A stretch of DNA of 64,000 bases from an uncultured Actinomycetes bacterium (GTDB taxonomy: Bacteria; Actinomycetota; Thermoleophilia; Gaiellales; Gaiellaceae), in assembly GCA_963758605.1 (NCBI GenBank), contig CAVWWI010000007.1, forward strand, positions 184,593 to 248,592. The letters run 5' to 3'. This document shows positions 37,818 through 48,310 of the stretch, piece after piece. Under the pieces are notes generated by a model, which was not told the DNA's origin, made no database searches, and saw nothing but the letters and a program-made list of their open reading frames with translations. Each line of letters starts with the position of its first letter. Position 1 is the first letter of the stretch. A program made the position numbers and the translations under genes.

Positions 37818-38101
37818 GGGTTCGTCCTTTCTCTCGTGGTGGTCTTTCTCGTTACGACCGCACGGAAGCGCGGATCTCATCGGTCGCAGCAGAGTCCGTC
37901 GGGCCGAATCGAGCCTGAGGATCTGGAATACGAAGCGAACTAGGACCGCAACCTGGGCGAGCGTACTGTCGCCCGAGAGGCAGTCGCGGATAAAGACAAC
38001 TCTGTAGTTACAGACTCACTGTTCGACAGTCCCGCACGACAAGATCCCGCCGCCCGGTCGCCAAGGACCAACCGCCGCTGCGCCGTTTGATCAGTGGTCA
38101 C

Positions 38102-40716
38102 CTAAGGCAGGATCTCGATGTACCCGTCCGTTCCATGCACGCGGATCCGCTGCCCATCTCGGATCAGCCGGGTGGCTTGCTCCACACCAACGACGGCCGG
38201 CAGGCCGTACTCCCGTGCGATCACTGCACCATGGGTCATCAGGCCCCCCACCTCCGTCACCAGGCCCTTGATCGTGACGAATAAGGGCGACCAGCTGGGG
38301 TCCGTGTAGGCCGTGACCAGGATGTCGCCCGCTTCGAGATCGGCCTCCGCCATGTCATGAACGACGCGCGCCCGCCCCTCGATGGTCCCGGCGGAAACCG
38401 GTAAGCCGACCAGCGCACCGGCCGGCACGTCATCGCGTCGGTAGTCCCCGGCGATGCCCTCGCCATCCGACGTGAGCACCCGGGGCGGTGTGAGCGCTTG
38501 ATACGACCTGAACGCGTCCTTGCGCTGGCGGATTAGCTGGTAATCCACTTGGTTCGCGCGCACGACGTCGTGGAGCTCCTGGAACGTGAGGTAGAAGATG
38601 TCTTCCTTCTCACGAAGCACGCGGGCCTGCACGAGGCGCTCGGCCTCCTCCAGCAAGGCCTGCTTGTAAACGAAGTAGCGGCTGACCATGCCGTACTTCG
38701 GATACTCCCGGTACCCGATGAAGGTCCGGACCCGGTCGATCATCCGCTTGGCCTCTTCGGCCTTTCGGTCCCCGTCCGGCAGGGCCTTCAATCGCTCCAG
38801 CACTTCCTGTTCCTTCGTCGACGCGTCCTGCCGCCCTTGCTCGAAACGCTGCTCGCTGGCGCCCGGCTCGAAGTTCTTGATGTTGCCGAGGATCACGGGC
38901 ACGAGCGTGGTGGGGCGTTCGCTCCAACGCGGCCTCGTGATGTCGATCTCGCCGACGCAGCGCATGCCGTACTTGTCGAGGAAGGCCCGGATGGCGTCCC
39001 GCGCTTCCCGCCCGCCCGCAAGCTTGGGCAACTCGTCCAGGAAACCCTCGTCCTCCAACCCCTCGTCCTCGACGTGTTGCAGAAAAGCCACGACCTCCGG
39101 ATGCGGGCGGATCACGTCCGCGACGTCCAGGAGCGCCAGCCCCATCTCCGACGTGACGTTGTTCGGGACGGACTGCGTGAGCGTGTCGGCCACGTTCTTC
39201 TCGCCCAGCCACGCCTGCAGCTGCTCGTTCAGCCACAACGTGGCGTCCATCGCCGACATGAACACCTGATGGCTCCGCGGGTCGAACAGGATCCGCTTGA
39301 GCTCCGGGATGTCCGCCAGGATGAAGTCGAGCAGCGCCGATCCGGACTTCGTCCCGATGTCGCGTTTCAACGTCGCGACGGAGGCCTGGTTGTGCCCGAT
39401 CAGCTCGGCGACGATGGCCGGATCGGTCTCGATCGGGGCGGACGCGCCGCCCGGTGGCGCCCAGCCGGGACCCTCGTCCGGGAGCGACGGGATGAAGTCG
39501 CCGCGATCGAGGACGGTCTGCAGCGCGTCCCTGATCAGCGGATCGGATTTCCCCGCGAGATCCAGAAAGCCCGCGCGGCTCGCCGGCGAAGCCAGGATCC
39601 CGGTGACGTCGACGAACAGTCTCCCGCCGGCCTCGGCCATAGGCCGGGGCGTCGTCATCTGCCAAAAGGAGAGCCCCAGAGGCTTCATGGGGTCGGTCAT
39701 CATCTGCTGATGACCGACGGAAACGTAGACGTGGTTCTCCCCGTCGCCGGCCGCCGGGATGGGGAATACGGTGGTGATCGGCCGGCTCTGGACGATCTGG
39801 AAGTCATCGTCGACCAGGCACCATTCGATGTCCTGGGGGCGGCCGAAGTGCGCTTCGATCCGCCGGCCCAGCTGCGCGAGCCGCACGACCTGCGCATCCG
39901 TCAGCGCGGGCTGCTCCTGACGGTCCGGCTCGATCGCCTGTTCCTGCGTCCCGCCTTCCGGCGAGGCGTGGATGGCAAGCCGCTTGGTGGCGACCGCCTT
40001 CGCGACGACCTCGCCATCCCGCACCTTGTAGACGTCCGCGTTCACCAAGCCGGAAACCACGGCCTCGCCGAGGCCGAAGCTGGCCTCCACGGAGGCGACC
40101 TTCCGGTTGCCCGTGACGGGGTCAGCCGTGAACAGGATGCCGGCCGCCTGCGGGAAGACCATCCGCTGCACGACCACGGCCATGTGGACCTTCCGGTGGT
40201 CGAAGCCGTTCCGCAGGCGGTAGGTCACGGCCCGCTCGGTGAAGAGCGAGGCCCAGCACCGGCTGACGTCCTGGAGGATCGCCGCTGGCCCCACGACGTT
40301 CAGGTACGTGTCCTGCTGGCCCGCGAAGGACGCCGTCGGCAAGTCCTCCGCCGTCGCGCTGGATCGGACGGCGCAGGCGGCTTGCTCGCCGAGCCGTGAG
40401 AGCGGGCGGGTAATCGCCGCCGCCAGATCGTCAGGGATGGCGATCCCTTCGAGGGTCCTGCGGATCTCCGCGCTGAGCGTACGTTGATCGTCTCCCGCTC
40501 GTCCGGCTTCAGGCGCGACAGCCGATCGAGCCGATCGTCGATCGACGGCGCTTCCGCCATGATCCGCTGGAAGGCGTCCGTCGTCACGCAAAAGCCGGCC
40601 GGCACGCGGACGCCTTCGATCCGCGAAAGCTCCCCCAGGTGCGCGCCCTTGCCGCCAACGAGCGCGACCTGCGTCTGATCGACCTCTTGGAGACCCAGCA
40701 CATAGCGCTCGATCAT
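38102..40716 (-). pseudogene. Rifampin-phosphotransferase / PEP-utilising-enzyme family gene interrupted by one frameshift near 40480-40490
   Basis: N-terminus in ORF 40300..40782 from ATG 40716 (MIERYVLGLQEVDQTQVALVGGKGAHLGELSRIEGVRVPAGFCVTTDAF...LKPDERETI). The rest is in ORF 38102..40591 (RTLSAEIRRTLEGIAIPDDL...VRSSATAEDLPTASFAGQQDTYLNV...TEVGGLMTHGAVIAREYGLPAVVG). Two nucleotides (AA) sit where one codon is expected. Confidence 0.8.
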
Positions 40717-40865
40717 CGCGACACCTGCGGGGTGGCAGTCCTGGGTGACGAGTGCGCGACCCTCACTCGAGAGAAGTGCCACGCCTTGCTACTCACCGAG
40801 CCGTCAGTGCGCGGCGACGACCACGAACCAGCGCCCTCGTGGAGCACTTGACCAGCGCCAAGGTC

Positions 40866-41240
40866 ACCGATGAGTTCGGCGGTCACCGAACGGCAGCGAT
40901 GCTGACGTCCCCTCGGAGCAATGCGCGTGCGGCATACGGGCCGTAGCAATCTCGACCATCCGAGCGCATCTGGTCAAGCGCCATCAGCTATGCCGCGCAG
41001 AATGTGGGTGAGGAAGCCCGTGCCGCATGCGACATCGACCACCCGTGCCGTGGGCAAGGTGCGCCGCACTCGCCGATGAGCTGCGCGACCTCCGCAGCCA
41101 GTCGTGTCGTTGCGCTCTGCGAACGACCCTGTACCGAGACCAGTCGTCGGATCGGGACGCATGCTGGTCGAAACGGCACGCATCGGATCGTCCGCCTCAC
41201 GCTCACTCATCTCCGCGATCCTATGCAGGCGAACGTGCAT
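40866..41240 (-). pseudogene. Class I SAM-methyltransferase remnant with at least two frame changes
   Basis: Motif I ARVVDVACGTGFLTHIL in ORF 40974..41240 runs into a stop 8 codons later. Downstream MT blocks, ARMVEIATARMPHAH...SASLPFGD, are read in a different frame at about 40866-40965. Confidence 0.45.
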
Positions 41241-41297
41241 TCGCTGACTTCGTGCGAGTCGCCATTGTCCAAGAGCCGCGCCGTCTCCGTTGGAGCT

Positions 41298-41765
41298 CTA
41301 GTCGTCCGGTGCCAGCTCGAAGCGAGCGATGACTCCTTGGTCGCCACCCTCGGGTACCGGGCGTTCGGGATGGCGTGTCGCCACCCAGGCAACTCCCCGC
41401 TCCGGGTAGGCGACGACATCTGGGAATCGCTTGGTCGAGATGCCAAGCATCCTCACCGGCTCCTCCGTAGGGTTCGAGAACGTGTGCAGCCCGTCTGGGC
41501 CTTCCGGGAAGTAGACGACGTCGCCGGGTGATAGCTCCTCCTCTCCCTCCGGCGTGCGGACGGTCGGCGTCCCACTGAGGACGAAGAACATCTCCTCGAC
41601 GCCGTAGTGCATGTGCATCGGACTGTCAGGCGACCGAGGCAGATACTCGATCAGCGACGCCCCGAGCTGGTCGGCCCCGAACGGGTGCCCGAACCAGCGG
41701 ACACGGTTGATGTCGTCGTTCACCTCATCCCACGGGTCGTCCTGCAGAAAGTTCAGGCGGCGCAT
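41298..41765 (-). CDS. Cupin-domain protein
   Basis: ORF 41298..41765. Cupin motifs HMHYGVEEMFFVLSG and GDVVYFPEGPDGLH. Confidence 0.75.
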   Translation of the reverse strand: MRRLNFLQDDPWDEVNDDINRVRWFGHPFGADQLGASLIEYLPRSPDSPMHMHYGVEEMFFVLSGTPTVRTPEGEEELSPGDVVYFPEGPDGLHTFSNPTEEPVRMLGISTKRFPDVVAYPERGVAWVATRHPERPVPEGGDQGVIARFELAPDD

Positions 41766-41904
41766 CCACTCCTCCGAGTCTGTCGGGTCACTGCAGGTAG
41801 ATCATGCTCGGCTGTGCCAGTGTTCAGGAATTCGCCATCACCCGGACCGCAATCGAAACACGGCTGCCCTCCTCCGCGGCGAGGCGGTCGAGAAGCAGGA
41901 CGCG

Positions 41905-42141
41905 GTGTCCCGTCTCATCGGTGCGACTCGAGCCGAGATCCTCGCTCTTCTCGAGGTGCCGTCGACGACGACCTCGCTCGCTCGACGGCTCGGCCGCTCT
42001 CCGGGCAACGTAGCCGATCATCTGGCGGTGCTCCGGAGAGCCGGGCTCGTCGTGCGTCGGCGAGCGGGCCGCCGGGTCCTCTACTGGCGCACCCCGCTCG
42101 ATCAGGCGACGCTCGGGCGACCGCGCGCGCGGGCTTCCTGA
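41905..42141 (+). CDS. ArsR-type winged-HTH fragment; probably the C-terminal remnant of a larger ArsR/DUF5937-type regulator
   Basis: In frame with ORF 41611..42141. LIGATRAEILALLEVPSTTTSLARRLGRSPGNVADHLAVLRRAGLVVRRRAGRRVLYWRTPL. The only plausible start is GTG 41905. The upstream in-frame sequence has no start codon and collides with the cupin gene. Confidence 0.45.
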   Translation: MSRLIGATRAEILALLEVPSTTTSLARRLGRSPGNVADHLAVLRRAGLVVRRRAGRRVLYWRTPLDQATLGRPRARAS

Positions 42142-42201
42142 CGTCGCAGCATCCCTCCGGCTCCACCGGTGGTCGGAGGGCTCGGCTCCGTCGCCGGAAC
42201 G

Positions 42202-43377
42202 ATGTCGGAAACGAGGGTCTCCCAGTACAGTCGGCGTGTGGCCGCGTCGGGCCAAGAGTGGTTCGAGGAGACCAAGCTTCGCCGTCTCGTCCCGGTGCTC
42301 GCGCTCGTGATCGCGCTCGTCGCCGCGACCGTCGATCCCGCTTCCGCGATCGACCTCGCCCTCGCCGCAGCTCCGGTCGTGGCGTTCGGACTCTGGGCGT
42401 ACACGCGGCGCGTACCGCTCGCGGCAGCAGCTTTCGGCGTGATCGTGCCCGTGGTGGTCGCGCAACGCTCGGGTGGGCTCGAGCCGCTCATGTTCGAGGC
42501 GGTCCTGCTGGCTTTCGTCGTCGCGCGCTGGTCACAGCTGCCGGCGGCGGTTGCCCTCGGCCTGCTGACCGTGGCCACACCCGTCGCGGTGGCTCTGGTC
42601 CAGGACCCGTCCGAGGTCGCCGTCGCGATCTGGATCATGGGCACCGCCTTTCCGTGGCTCACCGGCCGCGCCTTGGCGCGTCACGGTCAGCTTGCGGAGG
42701 AGCTCGTAGCGACACGGCGCGAGCTCGCCGAGCAGGCGCTGCTCGCCGAGCGGCGTCAGATCGCGCGTGACGTCCACGACCTTGTGGGGCACGGGCTCGC
42801 CGCAGTGATGCTCCAGGTGACGAGCGCGCGTCACGTGCTGCACCGTGACCTCGCCGCCGCCGAGGACGCGCTGCGCGCAGCCGAGGAGCTGGGCCGGCTC
42901 AGCATGCAGGAGCTTCGCCGGACGGTTGCGCTCCTCCGAAGCGACGACGAGACCGGTGTCAAACCGCCCCTCCCGTCCGTCGACGAGATCCCCGCACTCG
43001 TCGAGCAGGTGCGGGCGGCCGGTCTCGCGGTCGAGCTGCGCATGCAAGGAGATCTCTCCCGCATCCCGCCGGGCGTCGGGCTCGCGGCCTACCGGATCGC
43101 GCAGGAGGCGCTCGCGAATGCGGCTCGCCACGCGCCGCGTGCTCGGACCGTGCTCGGGGTCGAGCTCACCAACGGACGCGTCGCGATCGTGGCCGAGACA
43201 CACGGGCCGGTAGCGGTCGCATCCGCCTCCGCCCCTGAGCGAGAACGGCGGCGCTACGGGCTGATTGGCATGCAGGAACGCGCGACGGCGCTCGGCGGCG
43301 AGTTCGAGGCAGGCCCCACCCGCGACGGCTGGCGGGTGAGCTGCAGGCTGCCTGTGGGAGACCGGCGGAGCCCGTGA
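42202..43377 (+). CDS. Sensor histidine kinase, HisKA_3 (NarL-partner) type, polytopic N-terminus
   Basis: ATG at 42202 within ORF 42169..43377. H-box ERRQIARDVHDLVGHGL, N-box AYRIAQEALANAARHA, G-box GLIGMQERATALGG. Confidence 0.85.
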   Translation: MSETRVSQYSRRVAASGQEWFEETKLRRLVPVLALVIALVAATVDPASAIDLALAAAPVVAFGLWAYTRRVPLAAAAFGVIVPVVVAQRSGGLEPLMFEAVLLAFVVARWSQLPAAVALGLLTVATPVAVALVQDPSEVAVAIWIMGTAFPWLTGRALARHGQLAEELVATRRELAEQALLAERRQIARDVHDLVGHGLAAVMLQVTSARHVLHRDLAAAEDALRAAEELGRLSMQELRRTVALLRSDDETGVKPPLPSVDEIPALVEQVRAAGLAVELRMQGDLSRIPPGVGLAAYRIAQEALANAARHAPRARTVLGVELTNGRVAIVAETHGPVAVASASAPERERRRYGLIGMQERATALGGEFEAGPTRDGWRVSCRLPVGDRRSP

Positions 43378-44039
43378 TCCGAACCGCTCTCGTTGACGAC
43401 CAGGCCATCATCCGGGCAGGCCTGGCGCGGATCCTCTCACCCGCGGACGGGTTCGAGGTCGTCGCCGAGTGTGCCGACGGCCGGCAGGCCGTGAACGAGC
43501 TCCCCCGCCTGCGCCCGGACGTTGTGCTCATGGACGTCCGGATGCCGGTGCTCGACGGCATCGCCGCGACTGCGCAGCTGCGGGCACTCGACGATCCTCT
43601 CGACGTCCTCGTGCTGACCACCTTCGGTGAGGACGACGTGTTGTGGGGCGCGATCGAAGCGGGTGCCGCGGGGTTCGTGCTCAAGGACAGCTCCGCGGAG
43701 GACCTGATCGCGGCGGTCCGGGCGATCGCCGGCGGAGGCGCCTGGTTCGACCACGCGGTCGCGCCGCGGTTGCTCGAGCGCTACCGCCTGGTGGTCGCTC
43801 CGGCCGCCCGCGACGCGACCCGACTGGACGAGCTCACGGACCGTGAGCATGACGTCCTGCGGCTCATGGCCCGTGGTGCGACGAACGCCGAGATTGCCTC
43901 GACGTTGTTCGTCGCCGAGGCGACTGTGAAGACCCACGTCGGCAGTATCTTCGGCAAGCTCGGCGTGCGCGACCGCGCCGCGGCGATCGTGTTCGCCTAC
44001 GACCACGGTGTGGTCACTCCCGGCGCGCCGCCTGCTTAG
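43374..44039 (+). CDS. Response regulator, NarL/LuxR family
   Basis: ORF 43374..44039, GTG start with GTGA overlap. VLMDVRMPVLDG receiver motif and the LuxR HTH LTDREHDVLRLMARGATNAEIASTLFVAEATVKTHV. Confidence 0.9.
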   Translation: MIRTALVDDQAIIRAGLARILSPADGFEVVAECADGRQAVNELPRLRPDVVLMDVRMPVLDGIAATAQLRALDDPLDVLVLTTFGEDDVLWGAIEAGAAGFVLKDSSAEDLIAAVRAIAGGGAWFDHAVAPRLLERYRLVVAPAARDATRLDELTDREHDVLRLMARGATNAEIASTLFVAEATVKTHVGSIFGKLGVRDRAAAIVFAYDHGVVTPGAPPA

Positions 44040-44227
44040 AGCGGACTGTCTCCACCTGGAGTTGGAACTCAGGTCGCGCCCGTGGGCCGATGTGGAGCAG
44101 CTATTCGGACAGCTAGCGTCAAGGTCATGGCGAGTGAAGCCGTTAAGAGCGCGACCTTTCGCTGTGCGACGAATCGCTTGTGGCTTCGCCACAGCGGTGC
44201 AAGCCTCGTCGTGATCGGAATGGACTC

Positions 44228-46429
44228 ATGATGCTGTCGACGAGGACACTCGCATCGGCCAGCGCGCGCCATCCGTGGCGGACAATCGGCGCCTGGGTTG
44301 CCGTAATCGTGCTTGCGATTCTCGCGATCGGAACATTCCTCAGCCTGACGACCGAAGGCGAGCCGACGAACAATCCCGAATCGGAGCGTGCCGACGAAGT
44401 TCGGTTCGCGGCGTTCCCGCCGGATCCCTCAACGGCCGTCACCGACATTGTCATTGTCCGCTCCGACACCTACGCGGTGGACTCGCCGCAGTTCGAGACA
44501 TTCGTGCGCGCCTTCGTCGACGACGACGAGATCACGGCTCTCGGACGAGCGAACACGTACCTCGACGACGCAAGCGCCGATCTCGTCTCGGAGGATCGCC
44601 ACGCGACGATCGTCCCGATCGCGCTCTTCGACGACGACGAGACGGAGGCGCTCGTCGAGAGGGTCGAAGCAATCGACGATGACGGCGCGTTCGTCGTGTC
44701 GGTGACCGGCACGGAGACGCTCGACCACGACTTCAACCTCCTCTCCCAGGAGGACCTGGAGAAGGGAGAGCTCCAGTTCGGCCTCCCAGCGGCGCTCATC
44801 ATCCTCCTCCTCGTCTTCGGGGCGGTCGTCGCCGGGCTCGTGCCTTTGATGATGGCGATCGTCGCGATCGTCGTCGCGCTCGGGCTCAGCGCCGTCCTCG
44901 CCCAGCAATTCGAGCTCTCGGTCTTCCTCGTGAACATGCTCACGGGGATGGGCCTCGCGCTCGGGATCGACTACTCGCTGTTCGTCGTCTCTCGCTACCG
45001 CGAGGAGCGCGCCAAGGGCAGCAGCGAGCACGGTGCGATCGCGGCCTCCGGGGCGACCGCGAGTCGTGCGGTTCTCTTCTCAGGCACGGTGTTCGTCGTC
45101 GCGATGTTCGGGATGCTGCTCGTCCCGAACTCGATCATGCGCAGCCTCGCAGTCGGAGCCATCCTTGTCGGGATCGTCTCGGTTGTCGCGGCACTCACCC
45201 TGCTTCCGGCGGTACTCGGGCTCCTCGGCGATCGTGTCAACGCGCTTCGCATCCCGATAGTCGGGAGGCGCTCCCTCGAGGCCTCGAACCCCGAAGGGCG
45301 CTTCTGGGGAGCGATCGTGCGTCGCGTCCTGCGCCGCCCCGGGCTCAGCCTCGCGCTTTCGGCAGGGGTGCTCCTCGCGCTCGCGGTCCCGGTGTTCCGG
45401 ATGGATGTCGGCACCAGCGGCGTGTCAGCTCTCCCCGACCGTTTCGTATCGAAGCAGGGCTTCCTCGCGCTCGAGCGTGACTTCCCGGGTGCGACGACGG
45501 ATCCGGCCCAGATTGTCGTCTCGAACGCATCCGGCGAGGGCGTCTCAACGGCGCTCGGAGAGCTCCGCTCTCGTCTCGCAGCCGATCCCCGCTTCGGGGA
45601 AGGCGAGATCAAGCGCTCGGCGGACGGCAAGGTCGCCGTGCTCTCGGTCCAGGTCAAAGGTGATCCGTCGGCGACGGAGGCCACCGAAGCGGTGCGCCAG
45701 CTCCGTTCCCAGCTCATCCCGGAGGCGTTCGCGGAGACTGAGGCTGAGGTGCTTGTCGGCGGCACGAGCTCGGAGAACATCGACTACTTCGACTCCGTGA
45801 TCGACCCCGCTCCCTACGTGATCGCGTTCGTGCTCCTCCTCACCTTCGTCCTGCTGACAATCGTCTTCCGGTCGATCGTCGTCGCGGGGACCGCAGTGCT
45901 TCTCAACCTGCTCTCGGTCGGGGCCGCCTACGGGTTGCTCGTGCTCGTCTTCCAGGAGGGGGTCGGCGCCGACATCCTCGGGTTCCAGACGGCGGACACG
46001 ATCGAGGCCTGGGTGCCGCTCTTCCTCTTCTCGGTCCTGTTCGGACTCTCAATGGACTACCAGGTGTTCCTGCTCAGCCGCATCCGCGAGCGCTTCGACG
46101 AGTCCGGCGACACGACCGATGCCGTCACCTTCGGCGTCGGCTCGACCGCGCGCATCATCACCGGCGCCGCGCTGATCATCGTCGCCGTCTTCGCCGGCTT
46201 CGCGCGCGGCGACCTGATCATGTTCCAGCAGATGGGCTTCGGGGTCGCGATCGCGCTGCTACTGGATGCGACCCTCATCCGCTCGGTGCTGCTCCCAAGC
46301 GCGATGAAGCTCCTCGGCGACTGGAACTGGTACCTGCCGCGCTGGCTGGAGTGGATTCCTCGTGTCCGCATCGACGCAGCGAGTGCAGAGGCGAGTGGGC
46401 ACTCGGCTCTTGAGTCAGGTCGAGGCTAG
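44228..46429 (+). CDS. MMPL-family (RND superfamily) membrane transporter
   Basis: ATG at 44228 within ORF 44180..46429. Two 6-TM blocks with GIDYSLFVVSRYREE and GLSMDYQVFLLSRIRE motifs. Confidence 0.9.
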   Translation: MMLSTRTLASASARHPWRTIGAWVAVIVLAILAIGTFLSLTTEGEPTNNPESERADEVRFAAFPPDPSTAVTDIVIVRSDTYAVDSPQFETFVRAFVDDDEITALGRANTYLDDASADLVSEDRHATIVPIALFDDDETEALVERVEAIDDDGAFVVSVTGTETLDHDFNLLSQEDLEKGELQFGLPAALIILLLVFGAVVAGLVPLMMAIVAIVVALGLSAVLAQQFELSVFLVNMLTGMGLALGIDYSLFVVSRYREERAKGSSEHGAIAASGATASRAVLFSGTVFVVAMFGMLLVPNSIMRSLAVGAILVGIVSVVAALTLLPAVLGLLGDRVNALRIPIVGRRSLEASNPEGRFWGAIVRRVLRRPGLSLALSAGVLLALAVPVFRMDVGTSGVSALPDRFVSKQGFLALERDFPGATTDPAQIVVSNASGEGVSTALGELRSRLAADPRFGEGEIKRSADGKVAVLSVQVKGDPSATEATEAVRQLRSQLIPEAFAETEAEVLVGGTSSENIDYFDSVIDPAPYVIAFVLLLTFVLLTIVFRSIVVAGTAVLLNLLSVGAAYGLLVLVFQEGVGADILGFQTADTIEAWVPLFLFSVLFGLSMDYQVFLLSRIRERFDESGDTTDAVTFGVGSTARIITGAALIIVAVFAGFARGDLIMFQQMGFGVAIALLLDATLIRSVLLPSAMKLLGDWNWYLPRWLEWIPRVRIDAASAEASGHSALESGRG

Positions 46430-46457
46430 CGATGCGTTCAACGGAATTTCACGGCGC

Positions 46458-46778
46458 ATGACCGGAATCGACGATCAGACCCCGAGTGTCGCTGCGACTG
46501 AGCTCGAGATCGAGGAAGCTCGGCGGTATGTCCGCCGCAAGCGGATCTTCTACATGCTTCTTGGGATCTGGATCGCCCTCAGCCTGATGTGGTTCGCCAT
46601 CGACATGCTCGAGGGCGGCGAAGGTACCTGGTTCTACTGGCCCATGCTCGGCACCGGCATCGCCGTAGCGATCACCGGAGTCGTGCTCCTAGGGGTAGGC
46701 GGACTCATGGGCGTCGAATGGGAGCGCCGGGAGATCAACAAGTATCTCCGCCGCAGAGGGAACGAACCCGAGCCGTGA
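46458..46778 (+). CDS. 2TM-domain small membrane protein
   Basis: ATG at 46458 within ORF 46362..46778. RYVRRKRIFYMLLGIWIALSLMWFAIDML...WFYWPMLGTGIAVAITGVVLLG. Confidence 0.6.
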   Translation: MTGIDDQTPSVAATELEIEEARRYVRRKRIFYMLLGIWIALSLMWFAIDMLEGGEGTWFYWPMLGTGIAVAITGVVLLGVGGLMGVEWERREINKYLRRRGNEPEP

Positions 46779-46885
46779 CCTCGATCTTGGCTGTCATGAC
46801 GACGACGGACCGTCGCCATCGGCCACAAACGAAGATCTGACGCACGCATATCCGATCGCGCCCAAGTCAGTGAGGAGGGAGCTGC

Positions 46886-47194
46886 ATGGTTGTTGAGTAC
46901 ATCCGCTACACGATCGACGCAGGTCGAGCGGACGCGTTCGAGCAAGCGTATCGGCGCGCAGCGGAGGCACTGGAGGCGTCGGCGCACTGCGAGCGCTATG
47001 AGGTTACGCGCTGCAGCGAGGATCCCACGCAGCACGTCGTTCGCATCGAGTGGGACTCGGAAGAGGGACACCTCTCGGGCTTCCGCCAGAGCCCCGAGTT
47101 CCGAAGCTTCCTCGAGGCGGTCGGCCCGTTCGTGCACGACATCGAGGAGATGCGTCACTATCAAGTGACGCTCTCCAGCAACGATCGCTCGTAG
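46886..47194 (+). CDS. Antibiotic-biosynthesis-monooxygenase (ABM) domain protein
   Basis: ORF 46886..47194, RBS GAGGAGGGAG upstream. MVVEYIRYTI...VVRIEWDSEEGHLSGFRQSPEFRSF. Confidence 0.75.
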   Translation: MVVEYIRYTIDAGRADAFEQAYRRAAEALEASAHCERYEVTRCSEDPTQHVVRIEWDSEEGHLSGFRQSPEFRSFLEAVGPFVHDIEEMRHYQVTLSSNDRS

Positions 47195-47260
47195 CCGAAG
47201 CGTTGATCGTGCGTGGGCAAAGATCGTGAACGGCGCCGAATAGGGCCGGCAAGCTGCTTG

Positions 47261-48112
47261 ATGCCTACGAAGCCGCCTCGCCACCGTCGATCGCTTCTCG
47301 TTCCGCCGGCGATCGCAATCACCGCGCTCTCGGCGCTCGGGGTCCCCGCCGGCGCGGCGGCGCGGCCAGCGCAGGAGCCGCAACCGGTCACACTCCGGAT
47401 AATTTTCCCGGAGGGCTTCAGCGCGCGGCAGATGGCCGACCGGGTCTCCGCGGTCCGGCGCATCGCGATCGAGCGGCGGGGCGTCACGCCACGGCTGACG
47501 GGCGTCGCGTACACGTCCGCGGTCAAGCGCACGCGTCCTCCGCGCACGTTCGCGCCGGACGTGAAGCGGCGCAGCCTTGAGGGATTCCTCTTCCCCGCGA
47601 CGTACGAGTTCACTCCGGAGACGACCGCGGCGACGCTGGTTGCGAATCAACTCGATGCCTTTGCGAAGCGCTGGCGGAGCGTCGATCTCCGCGTTGCGAA
47701 GCGGCGCGGACGAACGCCCTACGACGTGCTCACGATCGCGTCCATGATCGAGCGAGAAACGGTCGCCCCGGAGGAACGCCGGCTAGTCTCGGCGGTGATC
47801 TACAACCGGCTCGAGCGCGACATGGTGCTCGGGATCGACGCCACGCTTCGCTATGGCCTCGGCATACCAGGCACCAGGCCACTTACAAAGACGCACCTCG
47901 CGAGTGACTCGCCCTACAACACACGCCGCTTCAAGGGCCTTCCGCCGACCCCGATCGGCAACCCGGGACTCGCCTCGATCCGTGCCGCCGGAAGCCCCGC
48001 GCCCGTCGACTACCTGTACTACGTCCGCAAGCCAGACGGCATCCACCATTTCTTCACCGCCGACGAAGAGGAGTTCTGTAGGAAGGCACGCGAGTATGGC
48101 TACAGCTGCTGA
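47261..48112 (+). CDS. mltG: Endolytic murein transglycosylase MltG (YceG-like)
   Basis: ATG at 47261 within ORF 47213..48112. LEGFLFPATYEF, ASMIERE, VIYNRL, DSPYNTRRFKGLPPTPIGNPG. Confidence 0.85.
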   Translation: MPTKPPRHRRSLLVPPAIAITALSALGVPAGAAARPAQEPQPVTLRIIFPEGFSARQMADRVSAVRRIAIERRGVTPRLTGVAYTSAVKRTRPPRTFAPDVKRRSLEGFLFPATYEFTPETTAATLVANQLDAFAKRWRSVDLRVAKRRGRTPYDVLTIASMIERETVAPEERRLVSAVIYNRLERDMVLGIDATLRYGLGIPGTRPLTKTHLASDSPYNTRRFKGLPPTPIGNPGLASIRAAGSPAPVDYLYYVRKPDGIHHFFTADEEEFCRKAREYGYSC

Positions 48113-48310
48113 GCAGATCTCACGCGCGGTGTCGCCACGAAGATTGCGGTCAGGATCGCCTTTGAGAGGAAGCCACCTGGAAGCGCGCCTGCAATTGGTA
48201 TGCAAACCTTCTGATCAGGCTGCAGACCTCCTCCCCTACGGCGACGACGGGCGCAGGCGGCTCGACGCGCTTCGAGACGACCGAGCAGCGAGAGGGGACG
48301 GCGCGGCGCT

